Shown: one piece after another, positions 52,793 to 64,000 of the stretch
Layout: each line of letters opens with the position of its first letter
Position numbering within the stretch: position 1 is the first letter of the stretch
The notes under the pieces: generated by a model
Databases searched by the model: none
Seen by the model: only the letters and a program-made list of their open reading frames with translations
Told to the model about the DNA's origin: nothing
Translations under genes and position numbers: made by a program
Origin: Dimorphilus gyrociliatus
Lineage: Eukaryota; Animalia; Annelida
DNA length: 64,000 nucleotides
Assembly: GCA_904063045.1 (NCBI GenBank)
Contig: CAJFCJ010000006.1
Span: 2,346,946-2,410,945 of the forward strand
Direction of reading: 5' to 3'

Positions 52793-53988
52793 ATGAGAAA
52801 ATCGACCGCAAATCGTCGAAGTACACCGAAACAACCTGGATCAGCTAGATCAAAGGATGAAATTTCTTTAAGGGAAGAAGAATACAAAAGATTAAATGCT
52901 GAATTGGAGGCAAAAACAGCTAAATTAGTCGAAGAAGCCGAAGCTGTAATTGCCCAAGACTATTCAGTTGTCTCAGATACAAAGCAATCATTACTATCAA
53001 AAATCGATTCAGATGATCTTCTAGAATGGGATGAGGATGCTTTAAGTACTCGAAGGCCTAGATCAAATTTAAAAAAGTCTAACAAAAGTTATCAATCAGA
53101 TGCCGTAAGATAATTTTTCTTGAAGCATTTCTATTTTATCATAATATTAAAATACCAGAGCAAAAAACGTAAAAATGATTATCTAAATCCTTTGAATTAT
53201 CTTTTTTAACAGATGAATGCAATTATTTCAAAAAATTCTTTATTTAACAGGAAGGGGATATCTTTGTAACAGAAACAAGAGATGAAGTGTATAGAAACGC
53301 CATTGAAAAATTACAGAATCAGAGTTATGATGAGAATGAAACCATTGAAGATGTTATGCCAGAAGCAGCTGGACAAATGGGCTCAGAAGCTCAAATTCGA
53401 TTCTTAAAAGCTAAAGCTAAGGCCATGCAGGAAGAACTTGATATACTAACTGAAGAGTGTTCAAATAAAAAAGAAGAAAACACCGAACTAGCTTCAAAGT
53501 TAAAAACTTGTGAGGAAGAGCTTAGCAGATCTAAAAAATCTTTATCCAGTCATGAAGCAACTGTAAGAAAGCTAAACAGGATCATAGAAGAATCATCGGC
53601 AACATCCGAAAGACTAAATCAGGAATTGTCATCTCTAAAATCGGAATACGACCAGCTAACTAGATCACAGAAGAAAATGAATAGTGAACAAGGTGCCGTT
53701 GAAATTCGTCTACGTAGAGCTTTGGAAGAGGTCGAAAAATATAAATCAGAAATTAATAGAGCAAAATCAGCTAGAAAGGAATCAACGGAAGCAGATAAGA
53801 GGAGAATGAATGAATTAACTGCCGAAAATAGAAAATTAGAAAAACAAAAAAACGAACTTATGATAGGATTTAAAAAACAAATGAAACTGATAGATATACT
53901 AAAAAGACAAAAAATGCATCTAGAAGCGGCAAGAATGCTTGCCTTTACTGAAGAAGAGTTTGTCAAAGCTCTAGACTGGGAAGGTTAA
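52793..53988 (+). CDS. TEX9: Testis-expressed protein 9 (coiled-coil), intron ~53107-53250
   Basis: EEEYKRLNAELEAKTA, EAQIRFLKAK and LEAARMLAFTEEEFVKALDW match TEX9. Confidence 0.9.
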
Positions 53989-54008
53989 TGTTATTTTAAA
54001 TTGTGTAT

Positions 54009-54980
54009 TTAATATTCAATTTCCTGTTTCAATAATAATATAAATGAAATAAGTTGCGGATAATTACGATGGTTATGAGTTATCTTTAGGCAATAGGAGT
54101 CAAAGTAATTTTTATCATAATGAGAAGATTGTTTTACAGCTTTTGATGAAAATTCTTCCAACATTTTTAATGCTGCTTCTTTCGCGTTATCTTTCGAGAT
54201 TGTTGAACAGCTTAGAGATCTTTTAACAAATCTTTTGGATATACCTAATTTTACGAAAAATGTCGAACTAGAATCCTTTTCAGAGGAAGAATCTGCTTTA
54301 CTCGAAAAGAAATTTTTCAATCCAGTAAAGAAGCTTTTTGCCTCCTTTTTTTCATCTTCATTATTCAATTTTTGCTGTATTTCATATCGATCGCTATTTG
54401 AATTTCCAACGAGTGTGTGATACTTTTTATTCTTTTTATAATTATCGATAAAATCTTGTAAATCCTTACTAGATGATTTTTTTATAACGCAATCTTCTAC
54501 AGTTGACGAAGGCCATGTGTTCCTCCTAACAGATGTCGCACACTGCTCCTTCAACTTTTGAGAAGCTTTTATACTTTGTTTAGCCAATCTTGATTTTAAG
54601 TCAGCAATGAAAAAATTACATATTTTCGTATCTTTTACATCAATAAGATAGTTTTTTAGGAGTAATTGAAAAACATCAAAACCTATTTCGTAATAGGCAA
54701 CAATAACATCATAAACGGTAACTTTCAACTGAATTCCATTCTCTAATAATATTTTAAATAAATCGTATCCACAGTATCGATTATCAATAGCAATTTTAAA
54801 ATTAATATCAATAATTGTATTATATATAAATCGAAATCTATTCGATTTAATATCAGTATTTAATAAATATTCATTAATTTCTATCAGTGCATTATCTGAA
54901 TAAGTCTTTTCGAAAACTTCTTTAGACAATATTTCTGAAAATCGAATTAATTTTCTGCTATTTGTATATAAAAAGTCCAT
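54009..54980 (-). CDS. Uncharacterised intronless 323-aa protein
   Basis: Uninterrupted 972-bp ATG ORF in AT-rich DNA. No family confidently recognised. Confidence 0.6.
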   Translation of the reverse strand: MDFLYTNSRKLIRFSEILSKEVFEKTYSDNALIEINEYLLNTDIKSNRFRFIYNTIIDINFKIAIDNRYCGYDLFKILLENGIQLKVTVYDVIVAYYEIGFDVFQLLLKNYLIDVKDTKICNFFIADLKSRLAKQSIKASQKLKEQCATSVRRNTWPSSTVEDCVIKKSSSKDLQDFIDNYKKNKKYHTLVGNSNSDRYEIQQKLNNEDEKKEAKSFFTGLKNFFSSKADSSSEKDSSSTFFVKLGISKRFVKRSLSCSTISKDNAKEAALKMLEEFSSKAVKQSSHYDKNYFDSYCLKITHNHRNYPQLISFILLLKQEIEY

Positions 54981-55574
54981 ACTACGTAATCAAAGTAGCC
55001 TTGATTGTCTTTTGTTTCATCATAAGCATATATATAAATATGTACATGTATAGGCTGTGTTTCACTAAAAACAACTAATTAGGTAATATAATTAATTTGA
55101 TAAAACTACTATTTACATGTATTTTATTAGGCTTTTTACATCTCATAGTTCCTATATACATACTTTTATATACATGTATATGCATCATTAATTCGACCTA
55201 TTCAATAAAAATGATCAATTAACAAAGTCAAAGTATCCTCCAATAATTATTAAAAGTTGAATAAACTATTCGTTTTAGGCTAATCATCTTTTCCTTCTCG
55301 TACAAACTAGATAATGTACAAAGCAAGAGAAGATAAAATCATTGTATTGTGATTGTTGCAATGATGTTCTGTGATCAGTTAATTTATCAAAGAAGATTCT
55401 TTTTGAATATTTAACGGTAAAGATTGTATTGTTGTTTTTATATGTAAAAAAATGAATATTTCACACTTTTCAAGGCAAAAAGTTCTGTTTTAAGGTGAAT
55501 TTCTTCTTCAATAGGTTTCTGTAGCAATAAAAAGGTATCGAGAGGTTCGCTAATTGTCATGTTAAAAGCAAATT

Positions 55575-56996
55575 TTATGAATCAAAACTACATTTGTAAG
55601 CTTTAACGACTTCCTTGATTTTTGCCCTGCAAACAGGACATTTTTCGAGTTGCTGGCCGCAAAAATAACATGTACATATATGACCGCAACGATATAGCAT
55701 GCAATCAGCCTCCTTTTCGGTACAAATTACGCAATGAGTGTCAGTAAGTGGGCGAGTTGCTAGCCTAGGTGCATCATTTGAACTTTGTTGAATCAAAGCT
55801 AGTGCAGCAGCAACTTCTTGTCGAATACTTCTTTGTGTTTCAAACTGCAGTTCTATTTGTTGTTTTACGAGATTTGTCAGTTCTTTTATCTGCAATTTCA
55901 TAGTAGCCATTTCTTTGTTAACCTATTCGATGAAGGTTCGGAATTAGAGACATATAAGACCTTAAGAAAGAAAAAATAGCAATTCGTACCTTTGAGTTAT
56001 TAACGTGAACAGCAGCAGTAGCATTAATAACAGATACAGAATCAATGGAATCATTATCATTTGTATCCATGATTCCATATCTTGAAAAGTCATTTCGAGA
56101 AATATTCGATGGAGGTAAAGATCTTATAGCTTGTTGGACGCGAAGACCATCGGTTGCACTTCTATCGCGTCTGTCCTCTATATGTTGTTCAAGAGAATCT
56201 CTAAATCCACTAGCAAGTGTTGAGGATACTAGCTGCTGATGAACAAGACTACTTATATCCATAATTAGCTCTTCTCTTCTGCTTTCTGAATAGGATACAC
56301 TGAAAAATATAGAAAACTTAAAATTAATAATAAATAGAATAAATAAAACCCAATGATTCTTACGTAGGTTCTTCGTGTTCTACTACAGGAGCATTATTCG
56401 TTTCGTTGGCGTTATTATTATTATTATTACTTCTTGCAGATGCATTTACATTTTGTCTCGCTGCTGGAGGTTGGAAATGGTTTCTAACAACATTTTCAAG
56501 TTGACGCCTAAATCCAACACTTCTTAAAACGCCTGAAACAGGTCTTGATTGAATAAGGCCTTGAATTTCCACCCTAACTTCTTCAGGTCTTTCTTGCTCT
56601 TCAGTTCTACTATTTGTCTCAAACCTAGCTGATAGCAAATTCTCAACAGCTGTTCGGTACTCTCGTCCAGTGACCGGTCTATCACCGTATTGAAGTCTTC
56701 GAAGTTCAAACATTATATCTCTGTTATATAAAGTAAAAAATTATGATTCATTTAGTATATCATCGCCAACAGATTAAAAATTAGCATTTAAAATTAAACT
56801 TAACGATATTTTAATAAAGAATTTAAAACCTTCTATTTCTTTGGAAAATGACATCAACATTTTTATTTTCCGAGTTAGAGGTTGAGGGATTAGAGCTAGC
56901 TGATGGAAGTTCATCAGACTCATCCATCGTTTTCACATTTTCCTCCCCCGAAATCATATTTTCGGGAGATGATTCTAGTGCCGAGTCTTGTTCCAT
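55575..56996 (-). CDS. C-terminal RING-HC E3 ligase-like protein (about 4 exons)
   Basis: CVICTEKEADCMLYRCGHICTCYFCGQQLEKCPVCRAKIKEVVKAY (Neuralized/IAP-type RING), preceded by coiled coil QRSIRQEVAAAL and repeated VSSTLASGFR / VSGVLRSVGFR segments. Confidence 0.8.
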
Positions 56997-57988
56997 TCTA
57001 GTTCGCTTTTTTAGTATAATTTTTTTTATCTTCACAAAATTCTAGCAACACCAAATATGTCTATCCTGCTTGTGTGATTATTTTTACCTTTTATAGCAAT
57101 GTAGACTCTGTTCATTGCAAAATCTTTGTAAATGAGTAATCGCTTGTGAGTCATTGCTCTAAACATTCTCATATAGCTGTATTTAAGCCTTTAAATTCCT
57201 ATTAAATGATTCAATGACAAATATACTGTAATATATTATGTTTTATTATTTTTAAGATGCTTAAATAGTTTCTTCTTTCGGTTACAAGTACTTATTTAAT
57301 GTTTATAAATTATTAGGATTATTATGGTTTAAGAGGATAAATTATCAAGTGCTTTTTTAAAATGATAATATTGTTCGGTTGGATAGTGTTTAATGGACAT
57401 AACTACATGAATATATATGCAGCGAAAATTGAAGTAATAGAAAGACAATTTGAAATCGTTACTCATTAAATAAAAAACCTACAACTTTGACAATAAATAT
57501 TTGCTTATGAGTCAAATGTGTATATTGTCCGAAATTATGTCACTTAAATAGAATAATCTACAACTACATCTTTTAAATATTAATTTAGAAAGAACGGCAG
57601 CATGATTCGATAAAGTAAGTTGTAACGCAAAACGTTATTGGTTACACAATATAGCAGACGACGCATAATTTAAACAAGTCTATTGGTTAGTAAATGACAA
57701 CTTCTCTTCTCGCATGGTCTGACCTTGACATATTGCGCAGAAATGCAAAATGTTAACCTCAGCAAATTAATACCTCCATTATATAGACCAAGCTACTATC
57801 CTGAAATTAATTTTAATAAAGAGCTATCTGTGATAAACTTCAATAATCCCTGGTGGTTAAATTTTTTAAAAATTTTCTTCAGAAAACAAACGTTTGAAGC
57901 TTTTAGTAATTTGGCAAAGTGGGTGACTCTCAATTTTTTCTTACTATCAGTTGCTGGTTTACATATTAGAAGATTTTAAAAAGAAAAC

Positions 57989-59615
57989 ATGAATAGATAT
58001 TTTAATCATTCATATAGAATAAGTAAGATCAGTAGATCATTTCATGCTTTTAGAAAGCCAAAGCATTTGAAACTTAATTATAGGGAACCAGACAACTGGA
58101 ATAATTGCAATAAGCGAGAAATTCATCCTTTTTGGTTCATAGGAAAAACTATAGCACAATTATCTGCCATAATTGGTGGAAGGTATGAAAAATAAAATGA
58201 ATGAAATCATTCAATAAATAAGTTATTATCATTTAGATTTACAAGGAAATGGTATGCAAAATTATCCCCTGAAAAGAAGAAGGAATTGTGGAAACGTTTC
58301 ACATGGAATAGAGTTGGGGCTGCTGTAGCTATTTTGTCTGGTGGAGCTTTTGCAAACTACGTCTATCATACAGAAGAAGATCCAATAACAAAAAGAAAAC
58401 GTTTTATTGCTGTTACAGATGATCAATTACAACGATTAGTTCAAGTCGAAACGGATCAGGTTAATATTTAAACCGCGTCTTTTTTAAGAAATATTTCACT
58501 ATGCTTAATCTCTTATTTCTATACAGATATTAGAAGCTAAAAAAGGTGAGATCCTGGGATCTGAGCATCCAGCATATGATAAAGTTATTAGTATTGCAAA
58601 TACAATAATCAATAGAAATCAAGATATTCCCTTGCTAAGAAACCAAAAGTGGAAAATCTATATAACAAAATCTCCTGATGTTAATGCAATGGTTCTACCA
58701 AACGGAAATATTTTTGTTGAAGGTGGTCTGATAGATTTAGTAGGCTATGGAGACGAATTAGCTTTCGTTCTCTCTCATGAAATTGCTCATGCTGTCTTAA
58801 AGCATTCTGTAATATTTTTTTATTCATTTTTCGACAATATCTTACCTATTTTTTTCAGGCTGAAAAAATTAGCTACGCTATGCTACTTGATATAATGATA
58901 ATTACTGTTATGGCGTTTCTTTGGCTATTTATTCCGTCCGATGGTATTGCCTTAATATCTCAATGGTTTTATCGTAGAGTTGTTGATGTAAGTTAAAGAT
59001 CAAGTCTCTTCTTCATCTTCAAATGTTTAAACTTTAAACTTTATTTATTTTTATAGATTTTTATGCATTTGCCCTATGATAGAAAATTAGAGGAGGAGGC
59101 CGACGAAGTAGGACTTTGGCTTGCTGCTAAGGTATGAATTTATTTTTTCCTTTGAAAAAGTCTTTTGAATTTTGACCGAAAAAAAAATAAATTAAAAGGT
59201 AAGTTTATCTGATAATGAGATTTATTATCTATCAATCAAGAAAGATCACTCAATTCTTTGTGAAAATATTCGAATTTTCAAAATAACAATCAAATAACGT
59301 TTTTTTTTCTGAGAGTATAAGCTCTGAAATTTTGTTATGCAGGCATGCTTCGATGTTAGGAAAGGTAGTAATTTTTGGACTATTATGAGTATGTTACAAA
59401 AAGAAGAAAACACTGAAATACCCGAATGGCTATCAACACATCCTGCTAATCTGAAACGTCAGGAAAATTTAGATGTATTAATGCCCGCCGCAATCGAAAC
59501 AAGGAAAGCATGTAATTGTTTTCCTCTATCGAAAAATGATCCTCGCATTCAATTAAGAATGGCAAAATCACTAGACGAAATATCGAAGGAAATTTCTAAC
59601 CCTTTAGCAAAATAG
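57989..59615 (+). CDS. OMA1: Mitochondrial metalloendopeptidase OMA1 (peptidase M48), multi-exon
   Basis: EEDPITKRKRF, VNAMVLPNGNIFV, zinc motif LSHEIAH, LPYDRKLEEEADEVG and WLSTHP. Confidence 0.9.
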
Positions 59616-59814
59616 GAATATGACACATCACCATTTAACTGTGGTTCGCTCACACAATAGGTTCCTTTTTTCTCTTTCTATAATTTTATTGACTATGATT
59701 TGCTGAGGTGTATTAGGTGATAAACCGAAAAAATGTCAAAAAAAAGAAAAGTGTCATTATCCAAAACAAAAATATTTATTAATGTTAGTTTTTGTCTAAT
59801 AAATGTTATTCCTA

Positions 59815-61907
59815 TTATCCCGGCTTGCTTAAATCGTGCACTGACATAGCTACTATCGACTCGGCGAGCGTTTTGCTTGTTTGGCTCTCGTATTTAGGCA
59901 TCAAGAATAGGAGAAGTGCACCCAAAAGTGGTGGTATACCGGCCGACCAAAAGGCTACATCATATGATTTTAAATAATCATACAAAAAGCCTCCCAACGG
60001 AGCTCCTGCTGTCAAAGGTAAAGACATTAAGCCAAGAACAAAGCCAACACCTTGTGCTGCTCCAGACGGTCCTAATAAATCAAAAGCGATTGGTCCTATA
60101 AGACATACAAAACAACCATCACACAATCCCATGATTAGACTGATAATTATCAATTGCCAAAAGACTCTGGCAAATGGTATAGCTATGGTTACTATGCCAA
60201 AGACAAAGAAAGAAATTTGCTGCATACGAACTCTGTTTACGCCGTTCATGTCAGCCAATTTACCGAAAAGTAAACGTCCAACACCAGATGTTATACCCAA
60301 GCAAGTAACCAGTAGGGAACCATTATTATCTGGAAAAACGTCTGATGTGTGCTTCACCAAATGGACTAATGGTATAAAATAGCCAACGAAAGCTACTGGA
60401 ATACTCAAAGCCCAAACCAAATAACCTTTACATTTCCAAATATCTATATTTAGAAATTTTCTAACAAACTTCAAACAACCTCCAACTCTTTCTCTGACAC
60501 TTGTCGATGAACTGTGCAGATAAGTGTCAAGTTCTGTATGCTTTTGCTGAAATCGCGGTTTCCAAATAACTGAACAAAACACTAATATACCAAATTGAAC
60601 AGTTAAAACCCTTAGTGTTCCTTTCAGACCGATATTTTTCAACAATGGACTAACGATAAATGGAAGGATGATGGTAAAAATTGCTGAACCACACGCAACT
60701 ATGCCGTTGACCACTCCCAAATATTTCTTAAAATAATGTCCAAGGATAACTAGGGATGATGTATATACAAGTGATGATCCTATACCCGTCATGAGCCCAT
60801 ACGTTAGATACAATAATCCCAGTTTTGTCATAAACGATGATAGTAGCATTCCAGATGTTGCTAGAATAGCTCCAATAAACGAAATTGGACGAATACCGAA
60901 TCTATCCACCAATATTGACGCTATTGGAGCCATAAAGAAAGTCATTGATATTTGAAGCGACCCAACCCAAGCTGTATTTTGAACGAAAAATTAGCCATTA
61001 GCCAAAAGTTATTATCTTGGATTTCAGCTATCTTTTCTTAAGTGCGAACAAGTTAACAAAAGAATAATACATTGCAAAATAATCAACGTTTAAATTTATA
61101 TCACCGCCCGAAATGTTACAAATAGCTAGATTTTGTCTATATTAGTTCAGAATAATCCTTGAATTAAATAATCAAATCAAGGCTAAAGCTGATATTGAAG
61201 AATTTCACAACGTATTTGTTGACAGATTTACTATATACGTCTTTGTTTAATAGAAAGGTAAAACTCGTATAAATCTAGTTTATTTTTAACATAAGAAAGA
61301 AATTCAATGGAGAATGTATGATTACGTAATAACACTTTGAGCTTTTGAGTCGAAAGCGAAAGAAAAAAATTTAAAAGATAGTTCAAGTCTAAAGTCGATA
61401 CAAAATTTGATTAATCTAAGGCCAAAATCTCCAACTCTAGTATAAGATAACTCTGAAAAACTATTCAACAGGTAATAGTAATGCTCGATTGTAAGAATAA
61501 AGTGCTAAATCTATGGAAAATAAGAAATAAGCGCATAATAAGATATTAGGAACACTATTAGCATTTGCCTTTAAAAAAGGTAATGAATCGGCCTTATACT
61601 TACTTGCTCTAAAAGCTAAATCACTGTCATTGTCTTCTTTAAAGTCTTTCATTATTTGAACATATAAAACAGAGAACGTGTTCAAAACGGAGAAAATAGC
61701 TCCATTCGTCCAAAAAGAGGCAAGACATACCAACCAAGCTCTGGCTCCACCATCCGGAGCTTGTTCAAAATCATCTGTTTTATTATTTGCCCTTAGATCT
61801 TCTCTAGAAACAAAATCAACTTCGGCTTTTTCATGTTCTATGAATGTATCCTTTTCATTATTTCGATCTATAGAACCAGGATGGGGACAGCTTTCGTCTC
61901 CGTTCAT
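59815..61907 (-). CDS. SLC16A10: MFS monocarboxylate/aromatic amino acid transporter, MCT10/MCT8 type; extendable by alternative first exons (ATG 62627 or 62829)
   Basis: APDGGARAW, WVGSLQ, ILVDRFG, YGLMTGIGSSLVY, GRLLFG and DGCFVCLIGPIAFDLLG match SLC16A2/A10. The paralogue assignment is uncertain. Confidence 0.8.
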
Positions 61908-63271
61908 GTTATCACTCGAAAAAAAATAAAGAATTAGAAAATCGATTTGCAGATAAGATTGCTTTAGTTCAAAATTTCTATATCTTTCTATTATATCAAT
62001 TCCTTTTGTGAACAGTTATAATTTTCAAAGCAGAAAACACTTGACGGAGTATTTCACAAACTTTCTACTATTTCTTATAAAAGTTATATCTTGCAAATGT
62101 CCTTCAGCGCCTTCAATACTTTAAAAAGAAACGTGCTAGTGATCGAATTAAAGCATGAACTTTCAACGACAGATAACTTTATAAATTGATTAGAACAAAG
62201 TCTGCTTTTGCATAAATGTAAAGGTAAAGGTAGAGGAAAAAATGAATCAAAACATTGCAAAAGAAGAATATCCAAGTCTAATAATACAATACTTATATGT
62301 CATATTACAATTATATATGCAATTGGGAATATATTAAAGTTATATCGTTATCATATAATTATAAAAAGTTAACAATGAAACTGATAAACTTTTACTGAAC
62401 TTACCTCTATGAAACTGTCATAAGGAAAGATATAAAGATTTTTCAAAAATACCGATTCAGCTGTTTTTGACTCCCTTTAACAGAGCAAATTTCCGAAAGA
62501 AATTTCCAAGGGGATTAGTTTAATCTCTTAGAATATATAAACTACCCTATATGTTGGATAATAGAAAAGGGCCAATCTTAGCTCGTTAAATTCTAATGGA
62601 AAATCGTTAATACGCATCTTACCTCATTGGTTTTCTCAAGGCAGAAATATAAATATAGAAAATATGTATAGACTATATAAAGTACAGTATGTAGTATCTA
62701 ACGATACATAATATCAGTATAAATCTGATATTACGCGAACTTTTTATACACCTATATCACACAAAATATATAACGACATATTAATAATTTCCAACATATT
62801 AGGGAGAATCGAATGAGCACTTACCTCATTTAACCATATATCCCTGGTTGTATTGTCTAATATAGCTTCAATATAGAGATATTATGATAAATATAGGCAT
62901 ACAGTATCATCTTTTAATAAACGAAAGTTATAAATGTTTAAATACACATAACCATTCAGCTATTTGATAAAATCTCAATAAAAACGTTTTTTTTATTATT
63001 GCTAAAACTGGTAATTCTTTTTTTTGTAGCGATAGAAAAACTGATTTCTTGATTATTGTTTTATACTATCATTGATAAATTGATATGTATTATAATTATA
63101 TTGAATAAATGTATTAAATAAAAAAGTTAATAATGTAAAAAATATGCTTTCTTCTTGAACTATTAATATGTCATACTATTAATATTTAAATTTAAAATTT
63201 TCCTTCACATGGTAAATAAAAGTAAATAGTACTCTTCACTAATCTACTATTGGTTTAAACGTTTTTGCATT

Positions 63272-64000
63272 ATGCAATCATATTCAATCGGAGAGAATAT
63301 TTTCTCTTTTCTAACTCTAATATCTTTAGGTATAAGTTTTGAATTGTGTACTCATTTCTTTTAAATGAAGACTATCTCATTGATCTGTCTAAATAGTTTA
63401 TTCTAAAACAATTTTCATTAACGATACAACAACTACGGTTGAATTGAGATGTAATCAGGGTAAAAATTGGACTCATTTTGGAAACTATTCTATTGATTAT
63501 AAAGAACATAAGCAAGAAATTTTACAGGGCGGTAAAATCCTTAAGTTATATTTTAAAGGTGATGTTTCTACATGTTTTAGCTTTACTTTAAATAATAATA
63601 TTCTATTATCAGACAATAATTACGATAATTTGGGATTATTCCAATGCAGATCAAGTCAAGGGCTTTTATTACAGGAATACGAAATATTGACTCTATATCC
63701 ATCCATAACTATTCTAGAGAAGAACAGTTTAAACAGTTTTAGAAATTTTACAGATTTGGTATATCAAGGTGAAAATATCTCTATAAATTGTAGGGTATTC
63801 AGTAATCCTGAACCAAAGATTAAATGGTCAATGATTTCTGATATCGATGGTCGCAAAAAAGTATGTCTCCCAAATATCAATTGTAAATTATATAAAATAG
63901 GAAAATATGAGTATATTCTTGAATGGAAAATTCCGAATGTCACCCAAGATTATAGAGGAAATTATACATGTTCAAGTTGGATTGAACAAGATCCTGAAAA
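63272..64000 (+). CDS. Immunoglobulin-domain secreted/membrane protein, 5' part (runs off the window)
   Basis: Signal-peptide exon 63272-63329, intron 63330-63396, then an open frame to the window end with I-set motifs YQGENISINCRVFSNPEPKIKW and NVTQDYRGNYTC. Absent from the ORF track because it is truncated. Confidence 0.78.

Noticed and set aside
1-64000. CRISPR arrays, rRNA, transposase or reverse-transcriptase ORFs, prokaryotic operons
   Set aside because: None seen. The window is spliced eukaryotic DNA and its repeats are simple microsatellites. Polycistronic (SL trans-spliced) operons cannot be judged from sequence alone.

Overview
Eukaryotic genomic DNA: AT-rich, very gene-dense, with mostly 50-70 bp GT-AG introns. 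The gene content fits a compact-genome invertebrate, probably a lophotrochozoan (inference only). No CRISPR, rRNA or recognisable transposon was seen. About 23 spliced protein genes and one tRNA-Val(TAC) were read manually, in order: TTC36, claudin/PMP22-like, selenoprotein S (with in-frame UGA and SECIS), a small single-TM protein, AP-1 sigma, BPHL, Brahma/SMARCA, a death-domain protein, RWD-RING, BTB-zinc finger, alpha-arrestin, TMC, NMDA receptor NR1, MED27, Pygopus, IkB/BCL3-like, CEP164, an EGF-TM gene nested in CEP164, TEX9, an orphan ORF, a RING ligase, OMA1, an MCT8/10-like transporter and a partial Ig-domain gene. The most unusual structure is the AP-1 sigma gene. It has two duplicated 109-bp internal exons that must be mutually exclusive, and a tandem array of at least three (possibly five or more) homologous alternative last exons. 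Other highlights are the same-strand nested gene in a CEP164 intron, a SECIS very close to its Sec codon, a Pygopus with no detectable NPF motif, and three alternative first exons of the MCT gene. All gene models are manual and unverified by transcripts; family calls rest on remembered motifs, not database searches.
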